From assembly GCA_002104945.1 (NCBI GenBank), contig MCFH01000005.1:124001-188000 (forward strand): 64,000 nt of DNA, in the 5' to 3' direction. The notes below the pieces were generated by a model. That model searched no databases and was not told the DNA's origin. It was given only the letters and a program-made list of their open reading frames with translations. This document shows, piece after piece, positions 47,782 to 60,000 of this stretch. Each line of letters opens with the position of its first letter. Positions within the stretch are counted from its first letter, which is position 1. The position numbers and the translations under genes are program-made. Source of the stretch: Piromyces finnis finn (taxonomy: Eukaryota > Fungi > Neocallimastigomycota).

Positions 47782-49475
47782 TTAACGAAAATGATTCTTT
47801 TTATTTTTAATTGTTTTATAAATAGCATTATTAGATGATTCTGAATTAAAAGCAGAACTAAATGATCTTTTTGATTGTTGATTAAATACAGACCAAAACT
47901 TTAAGGTTTCATCACTTGCTACTGTTGCTACTGTTTGACCATCAGGACTTAATGCTATTTTCATTAAATGAAAAATTAATATAATATTTAAATTTTTTAA
48001 AATATTAATTAATAAATATAATTTACCAGAATATAATATACGTGAATCATGACCTTTAATATTAGATATTCGATCCATTGTTGGAAATTTCCAAATATTA
48101 ATGTCATTAGTTGAATAACCATGTGTTGTTAACAATTCCGTATAATGATTTGACCATATAATCGAAGTAATTTGAGATTCCGTTTTAATATTTTTTAAAT
48201 TTGCTTGTGTAGTAATATTCCATAAACGCAATGTTTTATCTGATATACCACCGCCAGTTGCTAAAAGATTTAATTGCCATGGACACCATGCCATTGCCTA
48301 TCATATTAAATTATATTAATACTAATTATTTAATTATATTAAAACACTATATGTATAATCAATATTAATTTTTTTACTTTTACAGCAGCATTATGATCTG
48401 CTTTTTCCATATAAGGTTTTGAAGATTTAAGATCCCACAATTTTACTAAATTATCATTTCCTCCACTTGCTAAATATTCACCATCACTTCTCCATTTTAA
48501 ACCACATATATTTGAATTATGAGCTTGAAATATGCTTATAAATGAATTTTTAATACGAACATCATTATGGTGTATAAAACCATCATTATAAGCTGATGTC
48601 AATATATTTTTATTCCATGATAAACAACCTACACGCGGTTCAATATTATTTATATTTTTACTTTTTAAATTTTCTTCCTCTTCATTTTTTGATTTTATCT
48701 TATAATCAAGTTTAGAAGTATTGTCTTGCTTTCTTTTTATTGTTCTTAATTTCCTATTATTTACAGTATCCCATATTTGAGTTTCACCCTCTGATGTTCC
48801 TATTCCTAAATAACTTCCATCATTACTCCATTTTAATGAGCATATACTACCAATTTCTTTACTATTGCCAATTGTATTAATAGTTCCATAAGTTGCATCC
48901 CATATATAAATGATAGAATCTAATGATATTGCAATTTGATTATTCAAAGACCAATCAAAAAGTTCACTATAATAATCATCGCCTATTTTTGGTGCATCTA
49001 ACACACGTTCTGGTTTGTTTGGTATAAAACGATTTATTTTTTTTATACTAATTGACTTTGAATTTATCCAAGTTGAACGAAAAATATCCTTTTCGTTGGT
49101 TGGTGGTTGACAATTATATGTAATAATTCTACTGTTTTTATCTTTATCCTCATTAGAATATATTATCTTTTCGGATTGTGCATTTATTTTATCATTTTCA
49201 ATATTCTTTATAAATAGTTTAAATTTCAATTTATTTTAATATAATTAATAATAATTAATATTGGAAGGAAAATAAAAGCAAAAAAAAAAAAAAAAAATTG
49301 TAATATAAAAAATAAATAAATAATTCACCTTATTTACTTCCTTTTTTTCATTTATCTCCTTAACTTTTGTAATTTTATATTCATTGTCTTTAACAAAAAG
49401 GTCAGAGTCATGTTTTTTTATTTTTTGTTGGGGTATTTGATTATATAAAGTTAAAGGTTTTCTTTTATATTCCAT
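47782..49475 (-). CDS. CDC20: Cdc20/Fizzy-family WD40 APC/C co-activator, divergent
   Basis: [117 protein letters not shown]. The family is secure; the specific paralog (Cdc20 vs a meiotic Fzr/Ama1 type) is not. Confidence 0.85.
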
Positions 49476-50028
49476 TATTAATATTCATTTATATATAAAT
49501 GCATAAAATATAAAAATATTGATACTACGTTATTTTCACTTTAAAATATATATATATTTTTTTAAATTTCTTTTTTATAAAATATATCATAAACCATAAA
49601 TTATTTGTTTTTTTTAAAAAAAAAAAAAAAAAAAATTATATAAATATTCTTATAGATAAACATAACATTTGAAATAAAAAATTTTTTTTCTTGTCCTTTT
49701 TTAAATTCTATATTTATTTATGACTATCACGTGTATATATTTAAATTTTTTTAAATATAATTAAAATATAAAATAAAATAAATTATATTGAAATATTGAA
49801 ATATTATATTGAAATAAATTTTTGAATAATTTTGAAACTCACTGTTTTTATTGAATAATATTTCCAAACGAAGAAATAAATAAATATACCAAAAAAAATG
49901 CATTGTTTTAAATAATATAAGTTTTTGTTAATTTTAATTATATAATACATATCATGTAAATTTTTATTTCCATTTAAGACATAATATGATACAATTATAA
50001 ATATGAAATGAAATGGGTAATATATAAA

Positions 50029-51494
50029 TTACTTTTTTTCTTTGACAATAAATGGCTCATGAAAAGCATTAACTAGACGATTTGCTTTCTGATCACCAAA
50101 TCCAGAACAGCTTACAATAGATGTAGGTGCAGCTTGAACTATGCGTTTAACAGTCTTATTATATTTCATATACATAAAAATAGATAAATAGTTATAAACA
50201 AATAAATAAATGCAATATCATATCAAAATTATATGCTAAAAATAATAAATATTGAAAGCTTTGTTTTTTTTTTGCAATACTTACTCCATAATTAGATATT
50301 AAAGTTAAAACATCAGTCTTGTTAACAGATTTGACTTGTGTAAGAAAATCTGATAACTTTAGATTACAATAATTAATATTATAAAAAAAATTTTTTTATG
50401 ATAATATATAATATACCTTTGAATAATAATCATTATCAACTTTTTCCTTAATTAAATCTGGTGGTTTATTTTCATATGATTTAAATGTTTCTAAATATCT
50501 ACCGGATTCTTCAATACTAATTTTAATATATTTTAATTTTCCAATATTTTAAAAAATAAATATTGGAAAATTAATTTATATTTTCATTATAAATATTAAT
50601 ATATATTTAATTATTCAATTACCTCCAAGAAATAACAATTGTTATATTATTATCCATAGTTAATTTTGTTAATTCTCTTATAAATAATTGATTATCTGTC
50701 TATAATACATAATATAGAAAAATTAATGTTTATTATTTTTTTTTTTTTAATTTTACTAAAGCAAAACACTAACAACATCAACGAATATTAGAAGAATCCT
50801 CAATAAGTAACGATTCCCTAATTCTTCTATTCTTCTAAAAATATACTCCGGATGTAGTCTATGATACTTTAAACTATATTAGGTTATATTTAATTTAATT
50901 ATTAATTATATTACTACTATATTTAGTTATAATTTTTATTATTATTATTATATTTTAAAAAATACCTAAGATAAAGAACACAACTTGTTTCTCCAACTTG
51001 AAAATCTGGTATAATATTACTATATTCCCAAGCTATATTTCTAATATTAAGTAATACGGGATTTCCTTTCTTTTTTTTTTTTTAAATTTTTAAAAATTGT
51101 TTTTTAAATACATATTAAAAATATGAAGGTTAAATTAAGTTTATTTTATTTTTTCTAAAAAAAATGTATATTCAAAAATAATTAAAATGAATAATAATCA
51201 ACCTGACATCGATTTACTAAAATTCTATTTGTTCTATAATTAATTTTCTTTTGAATCGGAAATGTTGGTTCATTTTGTTTTTTTGTTGTATCACTTTGTT
51301 CATTAATTTGGCTATATAAGTAAATAATATGAAAATTATTTCAAATTAATAAAAAAAAAAAAAAAATGTATTTATTATTTTAATAATTTAAATTCAAATA
51401 CTTTTATTTTTATTCTTTTATACCTAAAAGACCTTTTCTTATCCTCTGGAAATTCAAAATCAATTTCTTCAAACAAATACTCATTATCTGACAT
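50029..51494 (-). CDS. ERCC1: ERCC1/Rad10/Swi10 DNA-repair endonuclease subunit, multi-exon
   Basis: [23 protein letters not shown]...[31 protein letters not shown]...LRILLILVD...[20 protein letters not shown]...[23 protein letters not shown]...Hh[17 protein letters not shown]. Confidence 0.95.
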
Positions 51495-51643
51495 CTTTCA
51501 CTTTTTTTTAATTATAATGAAAATGATAAAAAATATATATATGAATTTAATTTAGTTATCCTAATTATTGCTATTATTATTATAATTATATTGTATTTTA
51601 TTACTACTTCAAAATAAATAAAAAAGTTTTAATAAATTAACAA

Positions 51644-51645
51644 AT

Positions 51646-51692
<47 letters not shown>

Positions 51693-51693
51693 T
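51644..51693. repeat. (TTTA)n tetranucleotide repeat
   Basis: Directly visible, upstream of ERCC1. Confidence 0.9.
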
Positions 51694-52269
51694 TATTAGT
51701 ATAAAATAAAATACTTTTACAATGTGGCTTATGTATTTAATTAATTACAATATTTCATATATTGTATACATTTTGATAAATAATAAATAGCTTAATTAAG
51801 GTTGATTGATATGGCAAATTTGATAAATTGTTATTTTAATGATAAAAGAGCTAATTTATTCAGATTTCATGTATCATATTTTCAAAGTGAATATTACTAT
51901 ATAATATCCTCTTTTATTTCTATTATTTATTTATGAAGAAGTTAATATTTCTATGATTTTTTAAAACTCGAGTTCTAGGACTTAATAAAAATTTTTTATT
52001 CATCATTAGATAATATTAAATTAAATAATCTATATATATAATGATAAGAATTCCCAATAGTTTTCTCCTTTAATATAATTTAATGTCCTTAAGATGACTA
52101 TTTTTTTAGAGAATCGATTTAGAGTCATTTGAGGCTTTTAATCTGTTAGATATAACCTTGACTAGGGTTAATGATTATTACAGCTTTATTAATAAGTATG
52201 TTATTAAGAATTAAATTATTAAGCTACTAATTTACTAATTCATGTATTTATTTATTTATATATATATAT

Positions 52270-52295
52270 ATTTATTTATTTATTTATTTATTTGT

Positions 52296-52354
<59 letters not shown>
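52270..52354. repeat. (TTTA)n tetranucleotide repeat, ~21 copies
   Basis: Directly visible, downstream of the SAM synthetase stop. Confidence 0.9.
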
Positions 52355-52552
52355 CTAATTTTAAAATTTATTGTTCTATAATAATTTTTATTTTTTATAA
52401 TTCCATTTTTATTTCTAGAATTTTTTATTAAAACTTCAATTATTTATACAATATTTCTATATATATGCTTTTTTTTTTATTTTTTTTATTTTATTTTAAT
52501 ACAATTTTATCTTTAAATATTATAAAATTTATTAAATATATTTCACGTGAAT

Positions 52553-54759
52553 CTAATATATTAATTTCTTTGGTTTTTCCCATGGGAATGAACTTCTACC
52601 GAAGTGACCATAACAAGCAGTTTTTTCATAAATAGGATTCATTAAATCTAGTTCTTTTACGATAATACCTGGTCTTAAATCGAAATTAGATTCTATAATA
52701 TTTAAAAGATCTGCTTCAGTTTTACCTTTCATGCAGGTTCCGTATGTGTCAATAAATATAGATAATGGCTCAGATATACCAATTGCATACGATAGCTGTA
52801 CTAGAGCTCGTTTACATAATCCTTCATTAACTAATGACTTAGCTATCCAACGAGCTGCATATGCACCAGAACGATCGACTTTTGACCAATCTTTACCTGA
52901 AAAGGCACCACCACCATGTGCACCCCAACCACCATAACTATATATAAAAATATTATTGTATATATTAATATCTTAAAAAAACAGTATTTTTTTTTTTTTT
53001 TTTTTTGTTTTAATAACATACGTGTCAACTATTATTTTTCTTCCAGTTAAACCGGCATCTCCTTGTGGACCACCAATAACAAATTTTCCGGATGGTTGTA
53101 AATGATAAATTGTTTCTTCATCTAAATATTTTTCTGGGATTACAGGCTAATTGTTATTTTTTTTTTTTTTTTTTTAATTAAGAAAAAAAAATTTTTTTAT
53201 GAATTAATATGCATTATTAATTATTATTTATAAATTATTGTTATCATTTATTAATATTCAATAAAAATTACTTTTATATATTTTTTTAAATAAGCTTATA
53301 CCTTTATAACATTTTCAAGTAATTGTTTTTTTATTTCATTTAACTTTATTGATTCAGAGTGTTGAGCTGAAATAACAACAGTATGAACACGTCTTGGAAT
53401 AGTGACACCGTCTTTAATTTTATATTCAATAGTTACCTTAAAAAGTTATTTAATAAATAATATTATTAATAATAAACATAATTTTTATCAAGTAAAAAAT
53501 TAAATATATTGTAAATATATATATATATAACATACTTGAGTTTTAGTGTCAGGTCTTAACCACGATAATTCACCATTTCTTCTTAATTTGCTCATTCTAT
53601 AATTTAATTTATGAGCTAAAAGTATTGATAATGGCATACACTCTTTGGTTTCATTTGTTGCATAACCAAACATAATACCCTGTAATAATTGAAAAATATA
53701 TTAATATTAATGATAATAAATGTTAATATTTTGTTAATTTATTTTTATATTACAAAAATGAAAATATAACATACCTGATCTCCTGCACCAATATTTTCAA
53801 TATTACCGCCATTTTGAACTAAACCTTGAGAGATATCTGAAGACTGTTGTTCAATAGCTACTAATACATTACATGTTTTATAATCAAATCCTATATTATA
53901 AAAAATAGTTTTATATAAATAATTTGTAATATAATAATTTAATAAATAATTAATTCTAACATACCTTTTGATGAATCATCATATCCAATTCTTTTAATAG
54001 TTCTACGAACAATTGATTGATAGTCAAGCTTTGCCTTTGATGAAATTTCTCCAAATACAAGAATCATTCCAGTTTTTGTTGCAGTTTCACATGCAACCTT
54101 TGAAAATGGATCTTGACTAAGACATTCATCAAGAATAGCATCTGAGATTTGATCTGCAATTTTATCTATGTAAATTATAAAATTCATTAATATATATTAT
54201 ATTTTTATTTCTAAAAATATTTTTGTATTATATCAACACTTTTAACTTTAAAAATTATTTTTATACTTTTATATACATCAATTAATAATATAATATCCCT
54301 AAATCTAAACATTTAAATTTATATTTTTTAATAATATAGAAATTACATTATACCTGGATGACCTTCTCCAACTGATTCTGAAGTAAATAATATAGAATCA
54401 GGATATTTACATTTTATAGGTTTTTTCTTATAACTACTATTACTGAAGTATCTTTTTGATAAATTTATTTTAGTATTTATAAATTTTGGTACTATTTGGG
54501 ATGGAGATACTGTTTTATAACTAAATAACTGTTTTTCAAATAAACAATTCGAATTTTTTATACGCTGTTCCCTTACTTTTTTGGAATTTAGGAATAATAA
54601 GCTACTAGAAGTAGTATAACTTCTTTCTTCATTATGTGATATATTATTATTTCTAAAAGAATTAATTTTTGTTAAGGAAATAGGAGAAATAACATTTGAT
54701 AATAAATTACTAGTATAATTTGTGCCTTTACTTAAAAAGGTTTGAATATATAATGACAT
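52553..54759 (-). CDS. MAT: S-adenosylmethionine synthetase (methionine adenosyltransferase) with a ~115-aa N-terminal extension
   Basis: [25 protein letters not shown]...[20 protein letters not shown]; [16 protein letters not shown]; LRPD.KTQVT; [13 protein letters not shown]; [35 protein letters not shown]; FDLRPG; YGHFGR...FPWE. Stop at 52553. Confidence 0.97.
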
Positions 54760-56322
54760 ATTAAGATTCTATTTTTTTTTTTTTTTTCTTTGAAAATAAA
54801 AGTATTAATAATAATATTTATGTAATATTTATAACAATTATATTTCAAAGTAATTAATAAAATTTAAATTTAATCAAATATAATTTTAGATTAATTTCTT
54901 AATTAACAATATTATTTTCATAAATTAAAAATTGTTAGTAATAATATGTTGTGTATTTTTTCTTCAATGATTATTTAAATTTAAATCCAATGTATTGAAT
55001 TATTTCATATTATAGTAGAATTTTTATATATTTAACAGTCAAAATGTTTTTAATTTTATATTATATATAATAATAATAATAATAATAATAAAAATATATA
55101 TATTAATTTTAGAGATGATAGGTAAAATTAAATAAATACGATTTAAAAATCAAATATTTCTCTTAAATGTAGAATACCGAGGCCATTACGTAATATTAGA
55201 TTAATATAAATAATTGTAATATAAACTTTAATATATATAAATAAATAAATTTTTCTTTTTAAAAAAAAATCATTTTAAAAAGAGAAATTATATATAAACA
55301 TTTATTTTATTTTAAATATTCAATTATTAATGTTTTTTATTTGCTAATATTTACTATAATTGATGTTTATTTTTTTGAAATTGTTCATTAATTATAATAT
55401 ATTAATTTATATCATAAATTCATTAATTAGTAATATTATTTATTAAAAAGAAATATTAATTGGTATAATGGTATTACTATTAAGACGATATTTATGTTTA
55501 ATATATTTATTTTTTAATATAATATTATCTAAAAATTAATATTTTATATTACATATTATGAACAAAAAAAAATACATTACACAAATTTGTAAAAGTGTAT
55601 ACATCATTAAGAATTTGTATTATCTAAATTAAAAATGATCAATACTACATTTAATAAAAAATTAATTATAATTGTTAAAGCTTTACATTTTCTTTTTAAA
55701 CAAATATAAAATTTTAATTTAAAAGTTTAAATATACATTTTTGTAGTTAATAAATCATTTTATCATATATTAATTTTTATTATCTTCACATTAATTAATT
55801 TTATTTATTTTCAATAATATTAAATAAATAATAAATATTTGAGCTTTTCAATTTTAAAAATTTATAAAAATTTAAATTTTTATTTCCTTTAAAAATTAGC
55901 ATCAATATAAAAAAGAATAAGATTGTAAAAAAGAGTATATAATTTATTACGATCAATTCTAAAAGAAAGAAAAAATAATAATATTCATAATAAATTTATA
56001 TTATATTTTATTATATTATACAAGTACTATTATTATATAAAGTTTTCTATTATTTTGGTGTAAATTTTATATAAAAGAATACATCAATTAGTTTTAAAAA
56101 AACTAATTAAATAAATTTTAATCTTTTTTTTTTCTAAGAATTAATTTGTTATACACTATTTAAATAATATATATATAAGAATAAAAATCAAAAAAAAAAA
56201 AAAAAAATATTTACAAAATTTGTATGAGAAAAAATATTCAGTGGTGACATTAATAATCAGAATAATTGATCAAAAAATAAAAAAAAATAAAAAAAAAAAA
56301 AGCCACAAGATTATTTAACTAT

Positions 56323-56367
<45 letters not shown>

Positions 56368-57056
56368 ATTAATTTTATTCTAAGGAATAAAGAAAAAATT
56401 TTCCTAAATATTCATATATATATTTAATCCACTTTATTCAATTTAGTTTATTAAAATTAAGATTGAATTTTTCGCCTACCTTTTTTTTTTCTGTATTTAT
56501 ATTTATTCCACATAAGAAGAAGATAGATAATAACTCTGTAAATATCAAGATAAAAATATCTTTAAAGGTAAATTCTTTTTTTCCTATCAAAGGAATAGAA
56601 AATTATTTTTATAATAGTTTCTTATGTTTTATTAAATCCATCTTATAATTACTAAAATAAAAAAAAAAAAAATCCTTAAATATGAAGAAACTTAAAGCAT
56701 TATATTTTAAAAATTAAAAATTATATAGTATTATTGTTGTATTTTAATATACTTATGATATATATTAATATAATATATTTTCTTAAAGAAAATAATAAAA
56801 AAAAAAAAAAAAAAAAAAAAAAGAAGATATTTATTCTGTTTTTATATAAAATTTCAATAAAATTTCAATGAAATTAAATAATATATATTTATTTTATTTT
56901 TATATAAAGATTTATTATTAAATATTAATAAAAATCATTTATTTTATTAATTACTTCATTTCCATAGCTCAAGTATTCTCTAAAGTTCTTGAACAATATT
57001 TTTGTCCATACATCTCATATATATTAAATTTATCATATATACTTAAAGGTAAAAAT

Positions 57057-60000
57057 ATGTATTACAACAATTCGGCAGGTGCTAATATTAGCAATGCCAA
57101 TTCAAATGGAGGTAGTGCAAGTTCTAATAACTCTAATAACAATACTAATAATGGACATGGTTTGATAAATAATAAAAGTTCTTATTTAAGAAACCAATCG
57201 TCAATCTCTAATATAAATAATTCACAAAATTCCAATTATATAAACTCACATAGTTCTTCAAATCCAGCTATGAGAAATAACTCAAATAATAATTTAAATA
57301 TGTACCAAAGTTTAGGTGGAATGACTGGAATGTTAAATAATGTGAATATGAACATGAACATGAACATGAACCATGGCATTCCAATGAATATTGGAATGTT
57401 AGGCCATGGAAATAATAATAGTGGAAATTCTAACAACAACAACAACAATAATAATAATAATGAAAGTAATGGCGGCAGTAATACTGGTAATGGTATAAAT
57501 CCTTTGGGAATTAATTCAATGAATATGATGAATTCGATGAATTCTATGATGATGAACATGATAAATAATAATCAGAACATAAACAATATAAATGGTATGA
57601 TGCCAATGAATGGAATGTCAATGAATAATATAAATATGAACATACCAAATATGAAAATGAATATGATGCCTAATATGCAAAATATGAATGTAAATTCAAT
57701 GATGGGTATTAAAAACAAAGTATTTTATAATTCTAATTCATCTGTAATTAATGGTCTTCCAAGAGATTCACGTTTATTTATTGGTAATCTTGCTAGTGAG
57801 AAAACAACAAAAGCTGGTTTAGCACAGATTTTCAGCCGTTATGGTAATATTTATGAAATTGTTATTAAAAATAGTTATGGTTTTATCCAGTTTGATAATC
57901 GTGATAGTTGTCAAAAAGCTATTAACAATGAAAACAGAAGAAATATTGGTGGTTTACCAATTGGTAATTTTATGTTTCTAGTTTTTAATATGAATTATAT
58001 TATTATAAAAACACTATATAAAATTATATGTTTTCTAATTATATAAAAATAAAATATTATATATTATATAATATTTATATAAATATTCATTAAATAATAA
58101 AGATTTAAAAGTTTCAAAAAGTCGTCAAAATAATCAAAGAAATAATAGAAATAATGAAAGAGATAGAAATAGAATGAGAGACAGAAGTCGTAGTAGAAGT
58201 CGTGATCGTGATAGAGAAAGAAGTAGAAGAAGCAGAAGCAGAAGTAGAAGTAGAAGTAGAATAAGAGACCGTGACAGAAACAGAGATAGAAATAGAGATA
58301 GAAGCAGAAGCAGAAGCAGAAGCAGAGAAAGAGAAAGAGATAAAAATAGAGAAAGAAGAAGAGATCGTAGCCGTAGTAGAAATAGAGATAGAAATAAAAG
58401 TCGTAGTAGGGATAGAGATAGAAGCACTAAAAATAAAGATAAAGGAAAGGATAGATTGTCATTAAAAGAAAAGGAAACAAAAAATGATGAAAGCAAAAAA
58501 ATAGAAAAAAATGCTAAAAATAGCAATAAGAGTGAAACACGAGATGAAGAAGAAAGTAAAGATGAAGTTAAAAAAGAAAATGATGATGAATATAAAACAA
58601 AAGAAGATATTAACGAGAAGGAAAAGGAACAATCGAGTAATCAAATGGAAATTGACAAAGAAATAAATAAAAATGATGAAGCTAAAAATGATGAAATTAA
58701 AAATGATGATAAAGAAAATGATGAAAATAAAAATGATGAAATTAAAAATGATGAAATTAAAAATGATGAAATTAAAAATGATGAAATTAAAAACGATGAA
58801 ATTAAAAATGATGAGATTAAAAATGATGATATAAAAAATAAGGAAAATAAAAAGAAAGATAAAAAAAATGATGGAGCTGAAATAACATCATTTAATAATA
58901 AAGAAAAAGATATTATCAATTCAAAAAAAGAGGATAATAGAGAAATTGAAAGTGATAGGGAAGATATTGATATTAAGAATGATGATAATGAAAATGATAA
59001 TAAAAGAGATAATAATGAAAATAAAAAAGATGATAGTGAAATTGAAATTAAAAACATTAAAAAAGACGATGATGAATGTAAGAAAAATAATGAAATTGAT
59101 AATAAGAAGGATAATAATGTAAAGGAAGAAACATCAATATCTAAAGACAAATCCAAAAATGAAAATTCAAAAGAATCTCTTGATTCTAAAAAAGATAAAG
59201 ACAAAAAAGAAAAAAGCAATAGAAATGATCGCGATCATAAAAATGATAAAAACAAATCTAATAGCAAGAAATCATCAAAAAGAGAAAAAAATAAAAGTAA
59301 TAATAGTAATAACAAAAAAAGTAAAACTGATAATGATAATTCAGAAGAGAGTGGTTCTACTGAATCAAATTCAGATAATCGCGATTCAAGTAGACATGAT
59401 AAAAATTCAAGATCCAGCAGAGATCATCATCGCCATGATCATGATTATCATCCATATAGTAGAGACCATCATCGTCGTAACAGATCATCAAGTAGAAATA
59501 GAAAAGATGAACGTCAAAGAAGATCGCGTTCAAGAAGTAATTCCAGAAGAAGTAGTAGCATCAATAGAAATAGAGAAGATAGATATCAAAGAAATAGAAG
59601 AAATAATAATAATAATAAAAGAGTTCATGTTGAAAAGCATTCAAATACCGACTTTACACCTCCAAAAAGAAATGGGCCAATTCCAATTTGTCAAATGGTA
59701 GTCATTGGTGATGTTGAAAAGTAAGGAATTTAAAATAATATTTATATTATATTTTTATTACATTAAGGTTTTAATTTAATAAAAATGATTATAACTTAAA
59801 ATACTTTCTAATATAATTAATAAGGGATATTATTAATGAAATTGAAAATGGAGCAAAAAAAGGTAATATTAGAATGGAAACATTATACATCAGTCCAAAG
59901 TATTCTATCCCAGTTGTTATTGAGCAATTTAAACTTGAAGGTGTTAAAGCTGTTATTGTAATTGAACGTGAAACAAAAACAATTATATTACGTATATTTG

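Noticed and set aside
52731-52937. Relatively GC-rich plus-strand ORF that looked like an independent gene
   Set aside because: It is the antisense of the last SAM synthetase exon ([15 protein letters not shown]...).
56320-56830. Long poly-T (56325-56362) and poly-A tracts upstream of the Nab3-like gene as possible autoregulatory elements
   Set aside because: Homopolymer tracts are common throughout this window; nothing specific supports function.
58134-59701. Overlapping ORFs with Leu/Ser-rich or IEIE repeats
   Set aside because: Alternate frames of the RS/charged exon of the Nab3-like gene.
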